From positions 621,040-685,039 of the forward strand of contig OZ242339.1 in NCBI GenBank assembly GCA_965208505.1: DNA of 64,000 bases, given 5' to 3'. The DNA comes from Acidimicrobiales bacterium. GTDB taxonomy: Bacteria > Actinomycetota > Acidimicrobiia > Acidimicrobiales > Bin134. The notes under the pieces were generated by a model. The model was given only the letters and a program-made list of their open reading frames with translations, did not search any database and was not told the DNA's origin. Each line of letters starts with the position of its first letter. Positions within the stretch are counted from its first letter, which is position 1. Positions 8,498 through 16,627 of this stretch are shown here, in pieces. The translations under genes and the position numbers were made by a program.

Positions 8498-10227
8498 GAT
8501 GCCTTCCCCAGATAGGCGGCCACCACTTCGGGATTGGACAGGACTTCCGAAGGGGTGCCGGATGCTATGACCCGGCCGAAGTCCAGCACGATCGCGGTGT
8601 CGCACAGCGAGGCCACCACGTCCAAGTCGTGCTCGATCAACAACACCGCGGTGCCCAGGGTGGTCGGGACCTGGGCGAGGGCGTCGACGAATCGATCCCT
8701 TTCGTGTCCGGCCAGCCCGGCGACGGGCTCGTCCAGCAGTACGGCTTTGGGACGGGAGACGACCGCGCCGCACACCTCCAAGACCCGCCGAGAACCCACA
8801 TCCAAAGCGGCGACCGGAGTAGAGGCGGGCGGAAGGGAGAACCACGAGACCGCCTCTTCGACCGGCAGCCCGGAGCCGGAACCGGCGAGGTCCAGATAGC
8901 CGCCCACGGTCAGGTCTCGGGGGGTGAGGCCCTGCTGGAAGGTCCGCCGCATGCCCATCCGGGCCCGTTTGCGGGGTGGCAGCGAGGAAATGTCGGTCCC
9001 GTCGAGCGAAACCTGCCCCTGGTTGCTGGCGAGAAAGCCGCTCACGATGTCGACCAACGTCGACTTGCCGGCGCCGTTGGGGCCGATCACGCCGACGAAC
9101 CGCCCCTCGGCCACCGTCAAGCTGACATCGTCGAGGGCCTTCACCGCGCCGTAGGACACAGAGATGTTCTGGATGTCGAGCATTGGGCCGTCCCCGCGAA
9201 GCCGCGACAGCCGGCACGCCGGGAGGGGGCTGGCGGCCGTGCTGCGGTCGGGTGTTTCGCGGGGACGGCCCAGCCGGCTGACGAAGGCTCGCAGGGCGGC
9301 CGACAAGCCGTCCTCGCCCTGGCTCAGCGCCAATACGCCTCCGACGGCGAAGATCATGGGGGCGATGTCTTGGGGAAGCCCGAGATCGCTGAGGAAATTG
9401 GGGATCAGGCGGCCGAAAAGCCCGGCAAGCAAAGCACCCTCGAAGTGGCCGGCGCCGAACATGAGCGCCGACGTCAATATGGTCATGGACTCGATCGGCT
9501 GGAAGCTCGCCACGCTCACGATCCCGTGGAGCGCGACCAAAAGGGCGCCTCCGAGCCCGGCGATGGCCGCGCTGACTGCGAAAGCAGACAGCTTGGTCCT
9601 AACCACGCTGCGGCCCATGGCCGCGGTGGCCCGCTCGCTGCGCCGAACCGAGAACCACCACCTCCCGGTACGGGAGCGGCGCAGCACGGCCACCGCCAAG
9701 CCGACAAGCCCGAGCAGCGCCGCGCAGAAAAGGAAGAACCCGGATTCGCTGCTGGCGAAGCCCGGGGGGCGCACCCTGTTGCCCTCGATCAGGCCGGGGA
9801 AGCCGTCGGCGAACACGACCCGGGCCACTGCCGCGCTGAACACCAGAGTGAACACGGCCAAGTTGAGCCCGCGGAGTCGCAACGCGGGGATCCCCACCAA
9901 TATCCCCGCGGCGAACGGGACAAGAGCGGCCAGCGGCAGCATGGCCAGATAGGGAAGCGACGTCTTCAGGTTCAGCCATCCGACCGTCCATGCCCCCATT
10001 CCCGCGAACGACATCTGGCACAACGACAGCAGCCCGGCATTGTCGTAGATCACCCCGACGCTCACCGCCACCACTGCTGTGATGAGCGCGCTGGTCAGCA
10101 AGAACAGCCAGAACGGATTCGCCGACCCTGCTATCGCGACGGCAGCGGCCACATACAGGGCCGCGGCGACCAGGTCGCCGCGCCGGATGCCGAGGGGCGC
10201 AGACCAGGCGAAGTCAGCGCGCCGCAT
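8494..10227 (-). CDS. ABC permease-ATPase fusion (LivM/LivG-like)
   Basis: Hydrophobic N-terminal half (PALRLRG) plus GPNGAGKST and LLDEP. Confidence 0.9.
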   Translation of the reverse strand: MRRADFAWSAPLGIRRGDLVAAALYVAAAVAIAGSANPFWLFLLTSALITAVVAVSVGVIYDNAGLLSLCQMSFAGMGAWTVGWLNLKTSLPYLAMLPLAALVPFAAGILVGIPALRLRGLNLAVFTLVFSAAVARVVFADGFPGLIEGNRVRPPGFASSESGFFLFCAALLGLVGLAVAVLRRSRTGRWWFSVRRSERATAAMGRSVVRTKLSAFAVSAAIAGLGGALLVALHGIVSVASFQPIESMTILTSALMFGAGHFEGALLAGLFGRLIPNFLSDLGLPQDIAPMIFAVGGVLALSQGEDGLSAALRAFVSRLGRPRETPDRSTAASPLPACRLSRLRGDGPMLDIQNISVSYGAVKALDDVSLTVAEGRFVGVIGPNGAGKSTLVDIVSGFLASNQGQVSLDGTDISSLPPRKRARMGMRRTFQQGLTPRDLTVGGYLDLAGSGSGLPVEEAVSWFSLPPASTPVAALDVGSRRVLEVCGAVVSRPKAVLLDEPVAGLAGHERDRFVDALAQVPTTLGTAVLLIEHDLDVVASLCDTAIVLDFGRVIASGTPSEVLSNPEVVAAYLGKAS

Positions 10228-11071
10228 CCCACACCTCGTGGCGCTGGGTCCACAACAACACGGCCAGCGCGATCAAGAATGGGACCGCCCCCCGGTATTC
10301 GGCCCAAGTCGGCCGGTACGAAGACACCGCTTCGACGACTCCGACCAGCACGCCGCCCACCAGCGCCAAAGACAGGTTCCTAAACGCCCCTATCAGCGCA
10401 GCGGCCATGGCGGGGAAGATGAGAAAGCCCAAGCTGGAGAAACTCCCCGGCAAGTTCGAGGCCACCACGATCATTCCCACCGCTGACACCAGGCCGGTGA
10501 ACCCCCACACCAGCGCGGTCCGGGCGAACAGCGGAACGCCGAGCAATTCGGCCACCACCGGCAGCTCGGAGATGGCTCTGACCTGTGTGCCCACCCGGGT
10601 GGACGACAGCACCCATCCCATCACCAAGACGGTGGCCGAAGCCACGAGCAAAACGATCACCGTCCCAGCAGTCACGACCACCCCGCCCACGGTGATGGAC
10701 GCGCTGGGAAAGATCACCGGCACGCTGCGGGGAGTGTCGCTGAAAAAGCGGAACCCCACAGCGAACAGCCCCACGGTGACTGCGATCATGGCGCCGGTGC
10801 GGACCGCCCCGTCGGCCTCGCCGAACAGCCGGGCGAACATCAGCCCCACTGCCACAGAGATCACCGCCGACAGGGCCACTCCAGCCGCCGCCGCGGGAAG
10901 GAAATCCCAGCCGCGGTCGTACATGACAGCGGCGAAGTACGCGCCGAACGCGCCCACGACGGCTTGGCTGAAGTTCACCACACCGGCCATGCGATGGAGC
11001 ACGACGATGCTCACCCCGAAGATCGCGTAGGCGCCGCCCGCCGCGAGCCCGGCTACCACCAAGGTGAGCAT
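10214..11071 (-). CDS. ABC permease (LivH-like)
   Basis: GVVNFSQ motif, multiple TM segments. Confidence 0.88.
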   Translation of the reverse strand: MLTLVVAGLAAGGAYAIFGVSIVVLHRMAGVVNFSQAVVGAFGAYFAAVMYDRGWDFLPAAAAGVALSAVISVAVGLMFARLFGEADGAVRTGAMIAVTVGLFAVGFRFFSDTPRSVPVIFPSASITVGGVVVTAGTVIVLLVASATVLVMGWVLSSTRVGTQVRAISELPVVAELLGVPLFARTALVWGFTGLVSAVGMIVVASNLPGSFSSLGFLIFPAMAAALIGAFRNLSLALVGGVLVGVVEAVSSYRPTWAEYRGAVPFLIALAVLLWTQRHEVWDAAR

Positions 11072-11090
11072 CCGCCGCCTCCAGGCTGCC

Positions 11091-12410
11091 TCAGCCGGGG
11101 AGGATGACCCAGTCGTCGGCCACGGTCACCCACTCACCGTCTCTCAGCTCGACGAACTTCGATGCCTGGTTGGGAGCGTGGGTCTCGCCCGGGCCGAAGG
11201 TGTAGGGCGTGCCCAGCAGGGGAGTCTCATAGGGCTCCAGGGCTCGCATCGCCTCGCCAACCGATTCTCTGGTGATCTCCCCGTCGATGCCCCGCAACGC
11301 CTCGACGAAGATGGTGGCTGCTATGTAGCCGCCTTGGGCGAACGACGTGAGCGGCACTCCGGTGTCGGTCATGAGCGACCGCCAGTCGTCCAACACGGGA
11401 GAGTCCGACCCGTACGGCTCGAATTCCGAGTTGGCCCGCAGCCCATTGCCGGCGCTTCCGAGCTGAGAGGCGATCGAGTCGGTGTAATACGAGGTGAGGC
11501 CGATCCAGATGATGTCGGACAGGCCCTGGGACTCGATGGCCCGGCCCACCGCTAGGGCGTGGGGCTCGACGCCGTCGATCACCACCGCGTCGCACCCGGC
11601 GTCGCGGGCTTGCAGCATGAGCGGCGTGGGATCGTCTTCCAGCGTAGCGGCTCCGACCCTCAAGGTGAGGGTCTTGCCGGTGAGCGCTTCCCAGCGCTCC
11701 ACTGCCGCGTCGAATGCCGGCGCCAAATCGGGTATGACGAAGAGGTTGACGTTGCAGACGTCTTCCAGCCCGAGGGTCTCGGACGCGTAGTAGAGGGACA
11801 CGGTGATCCCGGCATACGGACCGGTGTTGACCGGGGAGATATTCGACGACAAAAAGCAAAGCGGGTCCACTCCCGTGCCCTGGATCGCATGCACGCCCTT
11901 TTCGGCATAGAAGGCCGAGTTGACCGCGCACTCCAGCGTGCTGGCCGAGCCGACCATGGCGACAACATCGTCCTGCTCCACCAGTTTGCGGCCCGCGGTG
12001 GCCGCGCCTTCGGGAGTGCCCGCGTCGTCTTCGATGATCAGCTGGATCGGACGACCGTCGATTCCGCCGCTGGCGTTCACCCGGTCGAATACCGCCTTTG
12101 CCGCCACGGACGCCTCTGGAAACAGTGCGCCGCCGGTGAGCGAACTCACATTTCCCACCTTGATGGGCTCGCCGGTCGCCTCAACAGGAGTGTCAGCGGG
12201 CTCCTCAGTCGCCGCGGGCTCCCCAGTCGCCGCTGGTGCCTCAGTGGCCGCTGGCGCTTCGGTAGCAGCGGGCGCGTCGGCGGCGGCAGCGGCCGGCTGT
12301 TCAGCGGCGGCCGCATCGGGGTCGTCATCGTCGTTGCCGCAGGCCGACGCCACCAGCACAAGAGCCAGCAGCGTTGCCAGCAGCACGAGCAGCTTTGAAC
12401 GGTTCTTCAT
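11091..12410 (-). CDS. ABC substrate-binding lipoprotein (LivJ/K-like)
   Basis: Lipobox ASAC, ATEAP low-complexity linker, VNASGGIDGRPI. Confidence 0.9.
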   Translation of the reverse strand: MKNRSKLLVLLATLLALVLVASACGNDDDDPDAAAAEQPAAAAADAPAATEAPAATEAPAATGEPAATEEPADTPVEATGEPIKVGNVSSLTGGALFPEASVAAKAVFDRVNASGGIDGRPIQLIIEDDAGTPEGAATAGRKLVEQDDVVAMVGSASTLECAVNSAFYAEKGVHAIQGTGVDPLCFLSSNISPVNTGPYAGITVSLYYASETLGLEDVCNVNLFVIPDLAPAFDAAVERWEALTGKTLTLRVGAATLEDDPTPLMLQARDAGCDAVVIDGVEPHALAVGRAIESQGLSDIIWIGLTSYYTDSIASQLGSAGNGLRANSEFEPYGSDSPVLDDWRSLMTDTGVPLTSFAQGGYIAATIFVEALRGIDGEITRESVGEAMRALEPYETPLLGTPYTFGPGETHAPNQASKFVELRDGEWVTVADDWVILPG

Positions 12411-13486
12411 GGGTTCCTCCCGGAGTCGGTTGAGTTGGATTGGCTTTGTTCTTCGAGGTCTCCGCTGTCGTGGCCGGCCCGTGCGGGGCCGGGTGCGTCG
12501 TCGTTGGCTCCGACCATCTCCACAGCGGGTTGCGGCCGCCTGTCCAGCAGCAGCCGAGTGACATCAGGGCGCGAGTAGTGGCCGCTTGGATCAGCTGCGG
12601 CTTTGGCCAAGGGGATCAGCGACAAGTCAATCTCGGCATAGACGATCCCCTCGGTGTGCTCATCGATCAGATTGGAGATGACCTGGCCGTCGGGTGCGAA
12701 CACGCGGCTGCACCCCCCGCCCCCGCCCCCCAGCAGCGCGGCCTGCTCGTCGGTCTGGGCGAACAACTCCATTCCCGCAGGCCCCGTCACTGTGGTGGCC
12801 GCGAGCACAAACGACGATCCCTCGACCGCGTAGACCTGGGTGGCCGCCATGTTGACCTCTTCGCCCAGCGCATAGGCCCCGCCCCTGTAGAGGCAAAACG
12901 AAGGCCAAGAGGCAACATGGACCTGCTCGCCCTGGCTGTACATCGCGAACTTGGTGAGCGGCTGGAGGTGTTCCCAGCAGTTGAGCGCCCCGAGCCGTCC
13001 GATTCCCTCGACTTCGCCGACATGCAAGTGGCTGCCGTCCCCCTCGCCGAACAGCGCCCGCTCCACATGAGTGGGCTTGAGCTTGCGTCGGGTGAACAGG
13101 ACATCCCCGGTCGCGCCGAACCCGAACTGGGCCATATAGAGCGACCCGTATTCCCTCTCGCTGGCCCCGACAACCACGTTGATCTCGTTGTCTGCCGCCG
13201 CCTTGGCCAGACGGTCGAACCCAGGGCTGCCGACCACGAGGGAGTTCTCGTGATACCGGGGAACGAATTGCATGCCCCACGCCTGCGGGCCCAACCACAA
13301 GAAGTGGGGATACCCGGGAATCCAGATCTCCGGGAAAGCCAGAAGCCTGGCTCCGTTGGCGGCAGCCTCCGAGATCAGAGCCACCGCCTTTTCGACTCCA
13401 GCGTCGGCGTCGAGCCAACAGGGCTCAGACTGCACAGCGGCGGCAACAAACGGCTCGGGAGTGGTCATGGGTTGTTCCTCCGACAT
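12407..13486 (-). CDS. nit: Nitrilase (branch 1)
   Basis: E-K-C triad: FPEIWIPGYP, RRKLKPTHVER, LNCWEH; also DPSGHYSRPDV. Start could be 13468, 13486 or 13510. Confidence 0.92.
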   Translation of the reverse strand: MSEEQPMTTPEPFVAAAVQSEPCWLDADAGVEKAVALISEAAANGARLLAFPEIWIPGYPHFLWLGPQAWGMQFVPRYHENSLVVGSPGFDRLAKAAADNEINVVVGASEREYGSLYMAQFGFGATGDVLFTRRKLKPTHVERALFGEGDGSHLHVGEVEGIGRLGALNCWEHLQPLTKFAMYSQGEQVHVASWPSFCLYRGGAYALGEEVNMAATQVYAVEGSSFVLAATTVTGPAGMELFAQTDEQAALLGGGGGGCSRVFAPDGQVISNLIDEHTEGIVYAEIDLSLIPLAKAAADPSGHYSRPDVTRLLLDRRPQPAVEMVGANDDAPGPARAGHDSGDLEEQSQSNSTDSGRNP

Positions 13487-13638
13487 CGACGGCCCACGCG
13501 AGAAATGCAAGCGAAGTCATTGCCCCTCATAGCGTTGAAGGTAAGACTTGGTCCCTCCTGGTTGCTTCCCTGCCAGCGTGTAGTCTCTTGTCTCTCAGCG
13601 CACCCTTCGACCGAAGCGGAGGGCAGGGGACACAGATC

Positions 13639-14583
13639 GTGAGCATTTCGGCCAACACCGAAGAGGTAAACCCTCGAGAGCGATTCGACTTCTGGCACGA
13701 GGTGATCTGTACCGCCTACGTCCGCCTGGAAGCCGAGACACTGCCGTCGGAGAATCCATTTCACGCTGAGATCGCAATAGCTGAGATGGGCCCGCTCACG
13801 CTAAGCCGGGTTCGGTCCGAACCCCATGCGGTGCAGCGCTCCCCGGCACTAATCGGCGCAGAACCCCGAGACGAAGTGCTCGTCTCCGTCCAACTTCGCG
13901 GTGAAGCCGTCGTGCAACAGGACGACCGCCAAGCGATCCTGCGACCCGGCGATTTCGCGATGTACGACACCACCCGCCCCTACGACCTCATCATGAAAGA
14001 GCAGTTCGAGATGCTGGTGCTGCAATTCGACCGCCAATTTCTGACCGAGCGCTGTCCTTCCCCCGAGCACCTGACCGCCATCCGGATGGCCAACGACAGC
14101 AAGGTGACCGCCCCCGTGTCCTCTTTCCTGCGGTCGCTGGAGCCAATCGCCCTCGGCGAGGACAACGCAGTCTCCCGCCAACTCGCAAACAGCGCATTAG
14201 ACCTCTTGGGGGTGGCAATCGCCGACCAAATCGGCAGCGATAGCTCAAGGGCAAAGCACACGCAGCATTTCCTCAGAGCGTGCACCTACATCAACGCATA
14301 CGCATCCGACCCAGACCTCACACCCGCGAAGATCGCCTCAGCAGTGGGGATATCAGCCCGCTACCTCCACGCGATATTCAAAGAACACGGCATGACGGTC
14401 AACCGCTACCTGATCAAGCGGCGCCTCGCCCGATGCCACGACGACCTCTTGAGCCCCAACGCAGCATCACGCACAATCACCGAGATCGCCCACATGAACG
14501 GATTCAAGACTTCAGCTCACTTCTCCCGCAGCTTTTCTGAGGCCTATGGCGCAACTCCCAGCGAGATCAGGAAAAAGGCCTGA
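13639..14583 (+). CDS. AraC-family activator (NitR/FeaR-like)
   Basis: ERFDFWHEVIC, PGDFAMYD, C-terminal TITEIAHMNGF..SAHFSRSF; divergent from the nitrilase. Confidence 0.9.
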   Translation: MSISANTEEVNPRERFDFWHEVICTAYVRLEAETLPSENPFHAEIAIAEMGPLTLSRVRSEPHAVQRSPALIGAEPRDEVLVSVQLRGEAVVQQDDRQAILRPGDFAMYDTTRPYDLIMKEQFEMLVLQFDRQFLTERCPSPEHLTAIRMANDSKVTAPVSSFLRSLEPIALGEDNAVSRQLANSALDLLGVAIADQIGSDSSRAKHTQHFLRACTYINAYASDPDLTPAKIASAVGISARYLHAIFKEHGMTVNRYLIKRRLARCHDDLLSPNAASRTITEIAHMNGFKTSAHFSRSFSEAYGATPSEIRKKA

Positions 14584-14641
14584 GGGACAGGCGTTGAGAG
14601 ATCGACGTCAGACCTAGCGTGGGGAGGTCTGGCCGAGTCCT

Positions 14642-15061
14642 TTAGGGGCGCACGGCGAATGCTCGTCGGCGTTGGGGGCCGTAGCGGTATATCCGGAAGT
14701 CGGCGTCGAAGGCGAGTGCGTCGACTATTGACAGGCGCCCCATGATCGCCCAGCTGATGAGATCGGTCAGCGAGAACGCTTGGTCGCCGAATGCCTCCAC
14801 AGCGGAGTTAGCGGCGTCGAGGTCGGCGTTGGTGGCGCACTCGACGCGGGCGACGGCCGAGACGGCTTCGACAACCCGGTTGGCGGTGAGGAAGTCGGTG
14901 CGGGCATTCACAAGATTCCACAGCTCTCCAAGGACTAAGTCGCTGGTCACCAGGGAACTGGCGTGCTCTGTTAGCAGCGACTGGGCGACTCCGCGGTCGG
15001 CGTCGCTGTCGTCAGCGGCGGCATACCAGATGCTGGTATCCACGAATACCGGCGCCGTCAC
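14642..15061 (-). CDS. vapC: PIN-domain VapC toxin
   Basis: VFVDTSIWYA, FSLTDLISWAIM, ALAFDADF. Confidence 0.85.
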   Translation of the reverse strand: MTAPVFVDTSIWYAAADDSDADRGVAQSLLTEHASSLVTSDLVLGELWNLVNARTDFLTANRVVEAVSAVARVECATNADLDAANSAVEAFGDQAFSLTDLISWAIMGRLSIVDALAFDADFRIYRYGPQRRRAFAVRP

Positions 15062-15234
15062 TACTGTCCCTTGGCTGAGAGTTGCTTGACGATGGACTCG
15101 CTGATCATTGCCTGCTTGCCCTCGGCTATCTTCGACCCCCCGCTGTCGAAGAGTCCGAAAACCGAGCGCGGGTCGACATAGGGTGCGACCTGGTCGAGGT
15201 CGCGGGCCACTTGCCGCCCAATGCACTCCGACAT
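15061..15234 (-). CDS. Small antitoxin-like ORF (57 aa), possibly 5'-truncated
   Basis: My translation: MSECIGRQVARDLDQVAPYVDPRSVFGLFDSGGSKIAEGKQAMISESIVKQLSAKGQ; stop overlaps the vapC GTG; shorter than any ORF in the track. Confidence 0.6.
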   Translation of the reverse strand: MSECIGRQVARDLDQVAPYVDPRSVFGLFDSGGSKIAEGKQAMISESIVKQLSAKGQ

Positions 15235-15246
15235 TGAGGTGCCCTT

Positions 15247-16518
15247 CTATACCAGTGTCGAGAGGTTTTCGTTGGGGGCGGGGCCGGGGTTTACTTTTTT
15301 ACCGGGGGTCCAGGCTACGGGGAGGTGCTTGACGCCGCCGATGAAGTTGGAGCGCAGCCATTCGGGCTCGCCGACGCGGTGGATGTCGGGCATGCGGTCG
15401 ATGATCTCCTGGAAGATCAGCCTCATCTCCATCTTGGCCAGATTGGCGCCTAGGCAATAGTGGGCCCCGCCGCCCCCGAAGGCGATCTGGTCGTTGGGGG
15501 TGCGGTTCACGTCGAAGGTGAACGGGTCTTCGAACACCTCTTCGTCCCGGTTGGCCGAGATGTGCCACATGACCACCTTGTCGCCCTCGTCGATGTGCTG
15601 GCCCCTGATCTCGGTGTCGGTGGTGGCTGTGCGGCGGAAGTGCAGCACCGGTGTGGACCACCGGAGAAGCTCGTCGATATGGGTGTCGGTCACCCCGTCG
15701 GGGGAGCTCTTGACAATCTCGAACTGCCCGGGGTGGTCCATCAGCGCCAGCATTCCCTGTGCGGTGGCGTTGCGAGTGGTCTCGTTGCCGGCCACGGTGA
15801 GCAGCAGCATGAACATGTCGAACTCAAGCTCGGTCAGCCGGTCGCCGTCGATCTCGGCGTTGATGAGCTTGGTGACGATGTCGTCGCGGGGGTTTTGCGC
15901 CCGGTCTTTGGCCAGCTGGTTGGTGTAGGCGTACAGCTCAGCGCCAGCAGCCACGCCGTCTTCGGCGCCGCCGGCGTACTCGGGATCGTCGACGCCGATC
16001 AAGCGGTTGGACCAGTCGAACAGCATCATGCGGTCTTCTTGGGGCACCCCCATGATCTCGGCGATGGCCTGGAGCGGGAGCTCGGAGGCGACGTCAACCA
16101 CGAAGTCGGCTTCGCCCTTCTCGATCACGTTGTCCACGATCAAAATGGCCCGGTGGCGGAGGTATTGCTCGATCAGGCCGATCATGCGGGGGGTGAAGCC
16201 CTTGTTCACCAGTCGCCGGTAGCGGGTGTGCTTGGGCGGATCGGTGGTGAGCATCATCACTCCCCGGGAGTCAGGTCCACCGTTGTCGCGGGTGCCGGGG
16301 TCGGGGATGGAGGTGCCCCCCAGCTCCGAGGAGAAGCGCTCGGTGTCGCGGTTCACCTCCACCAGGTCGTCATGTTTGACCACGTTCCAAAACGCCGTTC
16401 CTTCGGGGTCTTGGTGGAGGAAGACGGGGGCTTGGTCCCGCAGCACCTTGAACATCTCGTGATGCTCTTGGCGCACGAATCGGTCGGGGTCGAGCAGGTT
16501 GACTTCGGTTAGCTTCAC
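15247..16518 (-). CDS. Cytochrome P450 (CYP125/124/142-like, steroid or branched-lipid oxidase)
   Basis: AGNETTRN, DELLR, FGGGGAHYCLG, LRSNFIGGVK; GTG start after AAGGA. Confidence 0.9.
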   Translation of the reverse strand: MKLTEVNLLDPDRFVRQEHHEMFKVLRDQAPVFLHQDPEGTAFWNVVKHDDLVEVNRDTERFSSELGGTSIPDPGTRDNGGPDSRGVMMLTTDPPKHTRYRRLVNKGFTPRMIGLIEQYLRHRAILIVDNVIEKGEADFVVDVASELPLQAIAEIMGVPQEDRMMLFDWSNRLIGVDDPEYAGGAEDGVAAGAELYAYTNQLAKDRAQNPRDDIVTKLINAEIDGDRLTELEFDMFMLLLTVAGNETTRNATAQGMLALMDHPGQFEIVKSSPDGVTDTHIDELLRWSTPVLHFRRTATTDTEIRGQHIDEGDKVVMWHISANRDEEVFEDPFTFDVNRTPNDQIAFGGGGAHYCLGANLAKMEMRLIFQEIIDRMPDIHRVGEPEWLRSNFIGGVKHLPVAWTPGKKVNPGPAPNENLSTLV

Positions 16519-16627
16519 GACGGCTGTCCTTTGCTGCGATCGTTTGGCGGGTGTCGGCCAGTGTATGGGATCGTCCGATGCGACAAGATACCGAGGTGCG
16601 AAGCGACCGGGAACCAGTGAGGTGGCG

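Noticed and set aside
8629-10383. Long antisense ORFs such as 8629..10383 +, 12440..13642 + and 16736..18034 -
   Set aside because: Typical high-GC antisense shadows of well-supported genes, with no motifs
12180-12310. ATEAPA-type short repeats in the binding-protein gene
   Set aside because: Ordinary low-complexity lipoprotein linker
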